Part shown: piece after piece, positions 26,402 through 38,670 of the stretch | Numbering within the stretch: the stretch's first letter is position 1 | Layout of the letters: every line of letters begins with the position of its first letter | NCBI RefSeq assembly: GCF_964204645.1 | Contig: NC_134035.1 | Location: 9,890,451-9,954,450, forward strand | DNA: 64,000 bases | Direction: 5' to 3' | From: Tubulanus polymorphus | Taxonomy: Eukaryota > Animalia > Nemertea | Translations under genes and position numbers: made by a program | Notes under the pieces: model-generated | The model's input: only the letters and a program-made list of their open reading frames with translations | Told to the model about the DNA's origin: nothing | Databases searched by the model: none

Positions 26402-27789
26402 AACGATACAATTGCCGCGGTAACATTCGTCACAGTTCTAGTCAATTATTGTTAATCTTATATTCACCTCCTCGGTATTAGTCGTTTCGACATCATCATC
26501 AGACTTAATGGTCCCGGTTATGATGTTAGCATCGTTGAAAACACTGATCGGTGTTGTTTTTCGTTTTCGGATTCTCGATTAAAATCCGCATCATCGATAT
26601 TCGCGCCGCGCGGGGATATTTTCTCTACGCCCGGGAATTATAACCGAGTTTACTTTTTGGTCCTGATGACAGTATTTTTTAGATCCATCATCATTATCGA
26701 TAGGAAAATTCGTAAATTCTAGTCTTGTTAAGATTGTGGATTTGTTTTTCTTTTTCGACTATAGCGTCATCGTTGTCGTCGTCCTGGGCCCGGTTTCACG
26801 AAAGAAAGAACGTTCACGTGTCTAAAAACGATTTGTAGTCCTTACTCTAGTCCTTACTTTATGCCTGTTTAGCGTGCGTGGCAAGAATGTGCTAGGTTCA
26901 AGTTCAAAGTTCAAATTCATTTCAACGTCAAAATTTATTTCATGTCCGTTCGCTATTGCAGGTACAAGGTTTGACTGTATAGTAACTGAACGCGCTCAAA
27001 TCGAATTTTTTCAACTGTTTTCATGGAACCGTGAGTCCCGACGACATTACAACACTCGTTTATTATTATATATCTATATATAAAAACTTGAATTACGAGG
27101 ATTGTGAATGAAAAGCGGTTTTACTGTTGTTCGTCGTCTTACATGTCATCCTCTGTGCGTGTGTATATATATATATATATCTATATATCGATAGCATGCT
27201 CCGTTCTTTCATCTGGTCGGTAGAACACGTAATAGAATAAACTATATACTCATTTCAAAACTAGGTATAGAATTCATCGCGTTATTATCGTCGTGTTAGA
27301 AACAATTCCAACCGTCTCATATTTACCCGGTATATTACACCTTAGGTTGTCGCTAAAAGAACCGAATTCGTTACTTATACTAAAATGATTAGCGCTTCTA
27401 AAGATTATTCAAATTGACGGATGAACCGCTCCTAAATTCGCTTTCGTCCGATGCTGGAATTTTGTCACATAGGTGCCTTAGATCGCGCGGATCCTGCGGC
27501 ACGATTTCTGAGGGATTTAAACAAATCACGATTAGTTAGTCATCGTCATGACATTCAAGTTCTTAATATCGATCATCGCTTTCATTGCTCCTGATGATGA
27601 TGGATACAGTGTCTACGAATAAGGCCCATCACGCGCGGCGATGTACGTCACGAACTATTTTTGAATCACCATTATTTATCACGTCATTTCCCATCTATTT
27701 CAATATGATTTTTCATCTGTGATATTTTTATTAGATTTTTTGTTGTTGTTGTTGCGAATGTTACTTGTTAGTACAGTGTTACTGCGTCC

Positions 27790-27823
27790 GTGCCTGCTTG
27801 GAGTGATTACTCCAAGGTGCCTG
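27790..27823. mobile_element. 20-bp palindrome with 7-bp direct repeats (P-element-like footprint)
   Basis: gtgcctg|cttggagtgattactccaag|gtgcctg. Confidence 0.6.
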
Positions 27824-29884
27824 TTAATGCCTTAGCACGGCCTTCTTAATGACTAGTGTTTGACTAATAGAAATTCGACGAATGAATCTTCACGTGTTAG
27901 GATACTCGAGAAAGTTTACTTGAAATCTGGTTTATTAAAAGGTTACAAATTCTATTGAAACCTCTTTATCGGTGAACTTGGATTCAATGTATTCTCATGT
28001 AGGACCAAGTTCCACAGAAACTAACCTACAGTATAGACTCTGCTCCAGTCGCAGTTGTGCCTTGGAGTTAACTTTTGAGTGGAAATTAATTCATTTTCGA
28101 CGAGTTAAATCCGAGCCAAATCTTAACCTACGTCTGTCGTACTGGATCCTGGATCGAAATTTTAGATATTCATAAAGAGTTGCGTCCAGCTCGCAATTTT
28201 GGAACCGGGTCTATGATCGTGTTTAGAACTGGGTCCTGGATAACGCGTCATTGGACTTTTACTTAAAATGTCTTGGTCATGCCTCGAGTTTATACGTCCA
28301 AGGTTCTACGGTTCGAATGCAATATCGTAAAAAAACTCTGAAAAATGATAAAATTTTGGCTAGAAATAAACAAAGATTGATACATTGTTTCTCATTTCTG
28401 CTCAGCTTCAAAGTTGACCCGGCCGACCGCCTATCTACCCTGTAGGCCTACATTGGGCTACTTTTTAAAATCATGATCAAGCTAACAATAACAGACCCGG
28501 CAGTGTTATAAGAATGTACTGATTACGAATTTTATTCCAGTTTAAAAATGAGCCGGCCAATTAGGAGAAACAAGGTATCATTTTATTTTAGCCTTGGGCC
28601 CTCTCTATCTTCGCCTGATAATCAGGCACCTCAACGATCATCTCCCTAACACCTGTACTGTACACAATTAAGTGGGTATGTAATAGAGGGCACGGTAGTT
28701 ACTGTTTTTGTTTTGTTTTCAGTTGTAACGAAGAGAAATGGTAGAATAGAAAATGTGTCGCTTGTATCTTAGAAGACGTGTTTGAAAACAAAAAAAATAA
28801 TAGCTGTACAAGTACTTAAATCGATAAGAATGTAATATTGTGTCGTGTGGCGATACGGAGGGGTTACTGAATGGGTGTATCTGCGCGCGCGCGTGTGTGT
28901 TTGTTTTCAAGATCATGTTTAAACTGGCAACGAAGCATTCCATTTTACATTTCTCGCTATAGTTTGAACAGCTATCGTTTTGAATATTAGACCTCTTTTA
29001 TGTATACGGTCTCTGAAACAATATCGCATCACGTTTAATTAAGTGGTTTCAATCTAAATATTGGCACCAACTCCGCAGTAGCAGCTGAAACTTAGATTTA
29101 TTATATAGTTGAAACTCTGACGCTGGGCACCGTCGTGTAGTTGACGACGGTACCGATTACAACTGCACGAACGAAATTCTAGTTTATATCGAATAAATGA
29201 AATTCGGAAACAAGAGTGCGGATTTTCCACGTATTTTGACGTCTGTCCGGCCTGTGTAGGAGAAAACGTTCAATTTTGGCGTCCCCTTCGAATCCGAAGG
29301 CTTCAGGCTCTCGCTTTAAAAACAGCGTTGGTGGATCTTTGCTTGATCAGACCATATAGATCAATTTATTATGTGTATATGATAATGTCTAATAATAATT
29401 TGTGATCCATCCCGACGAGTTCCACACTTGTCTTGTGGTCCTTAGATTTTCGAATCGTAATAGGCTACGCGAAAATGCCCTGGTTTCTCGCGAATTCATA
29501 ATCTCGCGCGGAAAACAGCCTTTAGAAAGAGTGTACGTATGAATTTATGTTTGACCGTATAATATTTCGGCGATTGTAAAATTCATCGACCCCGATGAGT
29601 CTACTTTATCGGCGATGTAGGCTACGGTCAGAGCTGCCAACCTTTCCCGATTTTCAGAATATGCGTAACCATATTTCTGTCCAAAGAAACATCGATTCGA
29701 TTTATCTGACGCTGTGGCCAGAAGTGGAAAGATCTTACTATGAGGGTCCTCGTCATTAGTGATTAATTTTGCACACGTTGTTTCATATTTCAATGACATT
29801 TTCCTGAAAAATTAACACTGGTAGCAAGGACCTGTAATATACCGATCAGTTAGAACGATTACCACACTCAAACGTGGTGAACGG

Positions 29885-30025
29885 ATAATAAGATAAAAAC
29901 CCACTATCTAACAGATTAAAAGAATTTAAAAACAAGAATTTACTTATTCAATTTATTAATGAATAAATAAATTCTTATTTTTAAATTCTTTTAATCCGTA
30001 GATAGTGGGTTTTTATCTAATTATA
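29885..30025. repeat. ~140-bp near-perfect AT-rich palindrome
   Basis: agataaaaacccactatcta..ttattca / tgaataa..tagatagtgggtttttatct. Confidence 0.85.
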
Positions 30026-31584
30026 CGGATCAGTTATTAAAGTAGAGGAACTATGGCCATTTTTGTGTGGCCTTGAATCTTTTATCATATCATAATAGGC
30101 TTATCATTTTAAAATCTATTGGGCGTTTTCTTTTTCATGTAATAAACGATTACAGATTTGTACATATACTGATAATACTGATACCTACCGTGAATCATCA
30201 ATATTGATCGTACTACGATATCATGTATACAATAATCCAAACAAATGATAGCGCCTTGTTGATCAAAAAACAAATGGGGTGATATAATCAATATCCAGCG
30301 TGTATCTTAAGTGTGCAATCGTTTGTAAGTGGTATTGTACTAATTATTGAATGTAATATGGATAATGAAAAATAAACAGATGATGCATGTACGATAGGTT
30401 TAATGCATTTATGGTGTTGAAAAAGAATGTTTTTTTTTGTGTTTTTCTCTGTTTAAATGGACGGTATGGTTCACAACAATGAAGGAATCAAGTATAATGC
30501 ACGATTCGTTTTCACTAAAGAAGCGTATTTTATTCGGTAGAAGGATCGCGAGACGTGAGTCGTTATGCAGTTACATGAATACATACAAACTAACCCGTAT
30601 TAGGTGTTAAAACTCCGTGATTATTCAACAATAAAATCTACATCATCTAAAGATCTAGGATCCTCCGCCCTGCCCTAAACGGAGATTGGGGTCGACACCA
30701 GTCCCCCATGTTTGGGACTTAAATAATAAGAAAAGTGTAACTTTTGCCTTACGAAGTGCTTCACTTATACTATCAATAAGTGCATTAAAGTGCTTACTTT
30801 TGCCTCAGACTTACTACTATGATCCCTTCAACACTTGGTGGACAGATGAAAAAATTCACCTGAAACCGTTACTGAGTGACCTATTGATTAGCAATTTTCG
30901 AACTTTCTAAGTCCGACAATACAGCTAAAAAACATCGTTCATGTCTGAGGTAGTTATATAGAGTGATAAAAACATAAGCATACATATGCATTTTTCGAAT
31001 GCACGAAAGCGGAATAATAATGAATAGCGACAATGAATCACATGTACATACGGGTACGTACGTATAAAATATAGTTGATGTTTACAGTTTGAAAGCCATG
31101 GACTGTGACGCACATTATCTATGACTTTCAAATACTTGAAGAATGTACATGTATAACTTCCAACACACCTTACTCAAGGGTCAATCATTTACTATACATA
31201 CGATATGTTTCGAAAATCTTGTACTCATCTTTGTACGCAACATAAGCTACATCGTCGAAGAATCTGATCCGGTCTCTACTATATCAATGTTTTAACCAAA
31301 AAGCCTATGCAGGCCCGTACGTAGCCTCTATTTTGGGTGGGTGCAAATTTCAAATTTAGATAACGCGGAACGTACCTGACGGCGTATAGCCGGCAACAGC
31401 GAGAGAGTGGCGGGGGTGGGGCGGGGGCTGTTGGGGGCCTCCCTCAAGAAAAAGCGTTTTAGATACATTTTCGGCCAATGTTAGAGAATATTTCATATAA
31501 CGTCATTGAAACACTAATAGTCTGATGTATGCAATAATTCAATGTTTTAACCCAAAATCAACGCCTGTAGAGATGGTGACCATT

Positions 31585-33744
31585 TCATTCGTAAGATGAC
31601 GCAAAAACGTGGAACTCGCTGTTGGTTTTAGACTGAACGTAACTCACGGCGTGATTGCCGAACTCGCTAGCTGGTAACTGCACCAGTGGAAGCGACCACA
31701 TCCCGGCGTATAGCTGTTTCTCGAACTGATGTTTCGGCCAATCTCTGCCAATACACAGCGGCGGAACGAGACTGAAAGGTGGTATTTCCAAATTCAAATT
31801 TCTAAATCGAGCGTGTTCGAAAGACGATAGTTCGGCATTCGAGCGCGTATTGGCCCACGTAGTCGTGAGCAGAAAGCGACTTCCGCTGTCCGAAAAGTGT
31901 TTTAGAACTTTCAGGGCGTCGGCTGTTGTCAGATGTTGCAGCATGTGCCTGCAGTGAATTATATCGTAAGAGCCGTCCAAAGGATTCTTCACGATATCTT
32001 GATGTCGAAACGACCAATCCGTTCTATTTGCGAACCTGGTGTTGTGCGATTTAATCAACTCTGGTACGATATCCATTCCTGTATAGATAACGTCGTTTCT
32101 GTTCTCCAGAAACGTCTGCATCCAAACCATGTCCCCGCACGGGATGTCGAGAAAACGAATTTTATTTTTGCCGGTAGCCTTCTTTACCATATCTATAGTA
32201 CCGCCCAAAACTTTCATCATGTGCCGAGCGAAATCGACCGACGATCCCTGACCGGATCCTTGTATCCCCTTGTAACCGGGCTGCTGCACGCCCCAGTGAT
32301 GGTTTTTGTACACATCCCTAAACGACGCCATCCTGTGACTGTCGTCCTCTTTCTTCGGACTGTTCTTCGACGAATCAACGTCGAACGGAATTATTTTCAA
32401 CTTTGGACGGATCTTATAAACAGCGGTGCCGGTCACGCAATCGTTCACCACGACTAATTTCGGATCCAATTCGCCACGGATCGGGACGACATCAGGGCGT
32501 GACATATCATGTACGACTGGTCGCCGTTTGTACATCAAGACAATTGAGCTGACCACAACGAACATCACAACAGTCATTAACCATAATCTAGTACTCCCCG
32601 TCCGAATCTGAAATGATGCACAAAATATATAAAACTTATTCATCTGCAGTTAACTACATTATCGTAGGGGAGACTGGGGCATATCGAGACCACCCTGAAG
32701 AAAATCCCCTGCTACAGCTACAACACCCCCCCTCTTTCACCTCCTCACTTGTTTATCGACAATGCCGTTCCTTAACAGTGGCGAGAAAAAACTGGAGAAA
32801 TTATTGTCACTGCAGCTGCAAAAGAAAAATTTCATCGAGGTTTGACTCGATACGGGAACAGGTGGTGAATGTCCTGGATTCTTTCCTCCCTGTTCGCTTT
32901 CATAAGAGGACATGGATTGTGACGTTAGTTGAGGTATGGTATTGGGACCTGCCTGACAGGAATTATAAGCATCATTGAAAATAAAGCTCTATTCGTAATG
33001 GGTAGAGTGTCCTGCATTTTGCAAGAGAGTCTTGGTGTATTGATTATTAACGCTATATGAGGATATCTTATACACTAGTGACAGTGATAGATGAGTGAAG
33101 CAAAACATCCGATATTCAACTCCACACGATTCGAAAAATCAAAAATCGATTCCGAGTTCTCAGGTGGGACGCACATGTTAACAACTGGGACAAAACAAAA
33201 CAACATTTAACATTATATCGGGCTCACTATAGTAAGGTCACTATACTAAGGCGATAGCTTTTTAAATATCCTTGGTTTACGGAATTTTATCTCATTAATA
33301 CCCGTCCGTGCATGGAAACGAATTCGTTGGAAAAATTAGCAAAAAAAAATTTCCGTTTTTTTTCTCGCCGCCGAAAGAGAATCCCGGCTTGAATGATGGA
33401 AAATATTGAAAAAGGTTCTTTTTTAATCATTTGTTTGGAATGTATATTGCCCTATCAACAAAAATGATTTTACCTCACTAAGGGAATTATTTCTTAATTT
33501 TTATTCCTCCTCCAAAATGATGTTCGAATAGGTCTATCCCGTAAACCAAGATATCAAAAAGGCCTAAATGAACGGGCGATAAATTGCGAAGTTTGAAGTT
33601 CTGGGATAGAACATCCAGACCCCGGGTGTTTCGCAAGCATTTTTCTACCAGTAAAATAATAAACTTTCGTGCAATTAATTAAATCGTAACGTTTAAAGCT
33701 GCGACGAAGAAGGGATTCGATTTCGATAAACTTACCCTATACAT
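31585..33744 (-). CDS. Type II membrane class I SAM-dependent methyltransferase (2 coding exons)
   Basis: Micro-exon ATG TAT AGG|gtaag (33736-33744) joined to exon 31585-32607; N-terminal TM LWLMTVVMFVVVSSIVLMY; FRDVYKNHHWG..GSGQGS; motif I FLDIPCGD; YTGMDIV; YDIIHCRHMLQHL. Confidence 0.88.
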
Positions 33745-33826
33745 TTCTTCGATATTCTTGCTTTCGATCTGAATATTAATAATACGTTTGTTAATACATT
33801 TGCCAGGCAAGCTTTAACACGCTTCA

Positions 33827-33861
33827 CTATATCCATGGACGTATTACGTCCATGCTATATC
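33827..33861. mobile_element. 21-bp CATGG..CCATG palindrome with 7-bp direct repeats (P-element-like footprint)
   Basis: ctatatc|catggacgtattacgtccatg|ctatatc. Confidence 0.72.
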
Positions 33862-33958
33862 TTATCGGTGGCTGATAAGGCAACGTGCATTGGTTATTTT
33901 CTTATATGGCCTCGATCTTTTGAAACATGGAAACACGAAATATTGTACAACGTAATAA

Positions 33959-34210
33959 AGAGAATCCCACAATAATAACAAAAAAAAAAACACTCCGAAA
34001 ATGTAACTGAAGCTGGTAGTTTATTCAACGTTTCGACTAAACCTTAATAGTCATCTTCAGGAATAATGAATTACAACAATGAAGAAGACTATAAGGATAT
34101 AGTCGAAACGTTGAATAAACTACCAGCTTCAGTTGCATTTTCGGACTGTGTTTTTTCGTTATAATTGTGGGATTCTCTCTACATCGCTTCAACACGGATA
34201 TAGTGTTTTA
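33959..34210. mobile_element. Palindromic Penelope-like-element-derived repeat
   Basis: ~100-bp arms (agagaatcccacaat..actgaagctggtagtttattcaacgtttcgacta) in inverted orientation, each containing a hammerhead motif. Confidence 0.75.
34021..34066 (-). ncRNA. Minimal type I hammerhead ribozyme motif with intact core
   Basis: UUAUUC-CUGAAGA-U-GACUA-uuaagguu-UAGUC-GAAA-CG-UU-GAAUAA: perfect 6-bp stem I, 5-bp stem II, loopless palindromic ACGU stem III. Confidence 0.72.
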
Positions 34211-35470
34211 TCAATCATGATTGTATAGCGACGATTCTTTATTTGTAATGAATCACCGTTGACGAAACACTAAACGATTAGTCGCGAATCCCAAACTAAT
34301 AAGCAAATAATTTATTGACGTTTCGATACCACGATTAACGATTGGTTACTTATGGCAACCTTTGAATCCTTATTGTGTAAAATTGGTGTGAAACTGGCCC
34401 TTGCTGGTGTGGCAGCTGCTGCTGCTGCTGCTGCTGTTGAATCTCTGTCACTAAGAACAATTATATCGATATCGCGCACTGACCATTGAAACTGATTTTA
34501 TCAATGCAAATAAGTTTTTGCACAATAAAATTATCTATCTGTCTATCCCCGCCTTTCGATCTATCTTCACTGAGTGAACAAAATATGAAAAGATTTGCTA
34601 AGATAGACGCAGTATTCACAGTTTCATTAATTATGGAAAACTCTTCATCTTTCTTATACTAGCGTGGAATATTCTTAATTTACACGCTGGATCGTTGTGA
34701 GTTCGGTAATTACGAGTCCAGACAATGGAACCCATGTACGAATGCTTGATTTATGTTTTTGTGGTGTTAATTAAAACGAGCAATGTATTCAACTAAGCGA
34801 AAATAGCGAACAAACTTTACCTGTATATTTGGCAACTATATAGAAGACTGGGCTCAGATCCGTCGTTAACTCCGGGTTATTCAAATCCGACCTAGTGTTA
34901 CATTAGCCCTATAGTGGGACAGCAATGTTTTTCTACTCACACGCCGGGTTTCTCAAACCCGTAAGATGTATGTACGTAAATACCAAACAATGTGATAATG
35001 TCGCGCGTGAGCTCACCTGGTGTAGAATGTACGCATAGCGCCGTCGCGGAGAAATGCTAATAATGACGGTGCGCACGAATATCAAATCAACGCCATCATC
35101 ATAAACACGACGACACTATCGCGACCTAATACACGACATCCATGGGTATATTTAAACATAGCCTTGATCATAACGATCGTACTTCCGTGTAGCTTGATTG
35201 ACTTGACGTTCCAAAATACGCTTTGTGCCAAACCGGTTTTTAGAAGTAAATGCGGACGCCGTATTCAACATAATTATATGCGGATTTAGCGTCGTTCTTA
35301 ACAGAGGAAAGATCTGAACAGAAAGGGGCTCAAAATTTTAATGTCATTCGGTACCGTACAACCAATATTAGATACCCTGTATAAAGGATCCTCTATTCCT
35401 TCCATTTTCCCTCGATTCTTTTTCTTCGATTACGCTTAGTATTCTCAGGAAATACGTTAACAGATAAATA

Positions 35471-35688
35471 TGGTCGAACTTCGGTTTTCGTAGTTAATCG
35501 GTGGGAAAAAATAACCGAACGCAGTTCGATCTAACGCATTTCACAGTGCCCAGTGCCTAGTGCCCAGCCATCTTGGAACTAGATCTGGTCGACAGCGACC
35601 GTGCTCAATTCCGTGTTCGACTATTTCCGACTTTGACTATAAGTTGGCGAAAAAAGTCGACTAAAACTCCGATAACCGAAGGTCGCCA
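35471..35688. mobile_element. MITE with GGCGAACTT..AAGTTCGCC-type ends; second copy at 43209-43431
   Basis: Shared internal motifs aataaccgaac, catttcac, gccatcttgg, tccgataacc. Confidence 0.65.
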
Positions 35689-37134
35689 GCTGTTCCGCTA
35701 GAGGACTAACAACCGGCTTATGAATAGCTCAGAGTTTTATCCGTGGATCTGGGTCCAGTTTTAGGGTTAGTTAAATAGAGGTGACACGCATAGGTTCTGC
35801 TAACATCGACAGGAATCTAATATTTCACATAGTAACGGGCTCACATCACCGTCATGAGCCAATGTTCTATTGAAATCAATTTGTAACGATACAAAAGGAA
35901 GAGTAAGATGTTCAAGCTAAATATCAGGTGGTATTGCTCGTAGGGTAGAGGGTCTGGAATTTAAAAACCGAATATTCTAACTAGTACTAACTGAGGACAA
36001 ATGGCTGGACCTCGGCTTTGAGAGGATACAGGTTGTGAGGATTTATATTCCTAATGTATGCAGTGATTGAATTGAATTTGACAGCGGGTGATGCCACCCG
36101 GTTATCGACAGCAGATACAGTACTTAACCAGGATCACCATGGTTACTGAGTCTCGGTACTGATTATTAACAATGGTGCCAGCAGCAGGACCCAGCTTCAC
36201 AAAAGACGAACCACAATCAGTAGTCATGGTATCTATCGAACTCAGTCCATGGTTTCGTTCATCGCGATGGTTGTCATTCCACTAACCATGGATTCTTAAA
36301 ACTCTTCGTTTTTGAGAATCCGTCCAATAACAATGGCTTCCTGGATCGCAATGGCAGAACGAAATGGCCTCCACCCAGCGCCAGACGAACTCTATTATTC
36401 AAACAACTATACAGACTGGACATTTACCTTTCAGAAATTTATGTTTCAATTGATGGTTAGATTATATTTGGCGCGGATCACTGCTCAGATATGCACTGTC
36501 GTTGTTCTGTTCGATGAAGCCGACGGCTGATGTGATCATCCCGCTCCCACCGATCTATCTACGCTGCACGAGTCGCATCCAGCATTGCGAACTTATCATC
36601 AAGATGTAAATAGATGCTGAACTGTATTAGCGACGTCCATCATCCAGCGATATGTATGCGCGCGTGCGCAAAAGCTCGAAACACGCGGCGTCATTTGGTC
36701 AATCGCAGCTATTTGCCCAGACTCAATGATATACTGTTATAACAAAGATATCCACTTCGGCGTGTAGGATTTCTCGTATATAAAAGCTGGCCGCAATAAT
36801 CTCCTCTGCATGCCACGGGTCGGGGGGGGGGGGTGGCACCTTTGAGGACGACCCTCTTTTTTAAATCCAAGTTATTTTTTTTCATATTCCGTAAATTTCA
36901 TAAATAATTGGCCCAGAAAATACCCCTCTCGACAAGCTTCGAATTTCAAAAATTACAGTAAGACTATTTCAAGACAATTTCAAAGATTCCCAGATGCTCG
37001 TTTTCCTTCGGCGCTCGGTGGATACGATGCGAAATATAGCATATAGTTCCGTTTGTATTAATTCTGACCCCTTTAAAATATTCTAATGACAACCATGCTT
37101 TCACTCAGAGTAGATTGCAAGTTACCCCATGTGA

Positions 37135-37545
37135 ACTGGTTTAGGTTTTAATATATATGTATTTATTGCCAAAGTTATAAACTTTTATCACAAAAATCGA
37201 TATACAAGCATAAATGGCGGGAAACAATATAACATAGAACAAACATTGATACATGTATGTGGATTACATAATCAGTTAAGGTTGCCTGAGTATATAAACT
37301 TTCTTACGGAATTTCGAAAGGTTTGAAAAATCATTGTTATTACGCATTAGAATAGAAAATTTCGCTGTATTTGGGTTGTTCCAGTATCTCGAGTTGATAT
37401 ATTCTAACCTAAGGTTATCATAAAAGGGACATATCAAAACGATATGATATTCGTCTTCAACTGCATTAATATTACACCGGAAGCATGTGCGGTGAGCATA
37501 CGGTAATGGAGGTCTCGTCCATCTACCAGTCTCCACTTTTAAATC
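37135..37545 (-). mobile_element. 5'-truncated non-LTR retrotransposon 3' end (ORF2 C-terminal CCHC region, RTE-X-like)
   Basis: LKVETGRW..RTCFRC..VEDEYHIVLICPFYDNLR followed by AATAAA and a short repetitive tail. Confidence 0.8.
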
Positions 37546-38088
37546 CACTTTTAATAACTCATCAACTTCAGTGTACATTATCGAACAAACCATATGGACA
37601 GATTATTGTAAGTCAAAATTAACGATGGGAAATTCCTTCCAAGCGATCGGTGTTAACGAAAGCGAAGTAGTCTCCTTGAGAGTTTGGGCTTCGTCGGAAT
37701 CACAATCGACTAAACTGACTCCGTAGATTCGATCAAATTACCATATCAGGAAATATTAAGAAATTCCCGATCCTCGATTCTTATTCAATTCTCTTATCTT
37801 TCCCTTTCCTCTAGCATCTCGTCCGACTCCGTCCGCTTTCTAAAAGACTTCGGAAGAATGTTACGGTCGCGACGTTGGCGCTATTTGAAATTCCTCCTTA
37901 GGCATGTGAGGGATCAATACGCTGTCGCTTCACTGATATGCAAAATACAAAATACATAAATACAAACACTGAATAAAAGTTCTATCTAAGGCTCAAACTC
38001 ATTTTCACCAGATTCATCGTTCATAGAACGTCACCGTGAACGGAGCAAATCTGTATTAATCGCATGCCACAGTATGTATCTGAAATCT

Positions 38089-38365
38089 AACCCGCTAAGT
38101 GCTGCCCCTTTGCCGGTGAAACATTACTCGCATGCCGCAGACAGAATATTGCTCTGTTACTTCTCATAATTCAATTCACTTTATTGTGCCGTTACGTTAT
38201 AAATATACATTTTTGAACATATACAATAAGAAGAAACAACATAATAGAATAGAATGTGCAGAATAACTGTTAAATATAATATACATTGTAAGGTGATTTA
38301 TACGTTTCGTTCACACATTCTCCGCTAATGCTGTTTTAGAGGCAGCACTTGACGCCGCCGGCTAA
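38089..38365. mobile_element. Possible piggyBac-like MITE
   Basis: taa|cccgctaagtgctgcc..ggcagcactt..cggctaa inverted ends. Confidence 0.4.
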
Positions 38366-38493
38366 GATCTGACAATGGAAAAGATACTACCAAACTGCCG
38401 CAACTTGTATGAATATGATAAGTAAAAAAAAACCCACAGTAATGATGAATAAACCATTTCTGACAGTTTTGCGGTGTTTTGACTAAACTCTAT

Positions 38494-38670
38494 AGCCCAA
38501 CGCACACGGCAAGACATGTGTTTCGCCGAAACAGAAAACACGTTTTTCAGAAAACGTTTTTTGCTCGTGAAAAACGTTTTTCAGTTCGGCGTTTTGTGTT
38601 TTGCCTCCCCGCACACGGCATAACAAAAAACATCGAAAACGTTTTTTTTCGGTGCCGTGTGCGTTGGGCT
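38494..38670. mobile_element. Harbinger/Tourist-like MITE (AGCCCAACGCACACGGCA TIR, TAT TSD) nested in a degenerate PLE-type palindrome (~38425-38790)
   Basis: tat|agcccaacgcacacggca..tgccgtgtgcgttgggct|tat; flanking arms gttttgactaaac / gtttagtcaaaac. Confidence 0.75.

Noticed and set aside
27588-27630. CTGATGA motif as a hammerhead
   Set aside because: No correctly placed GAAA or stem I
31933-32457. 174-aa ORF antisense to the methyltransferase (similarly 40544-40894 and antisense ORFs in 59485-61478)
   Set aside because: Shadow ORFs of real coding exons with no independent protein features
36770-36800. TATA-like box (tatataaaag) as promoter of the Cys-rich precursor
   Set aside because: No phase-compatible first exon could be linked to it from sequence alone
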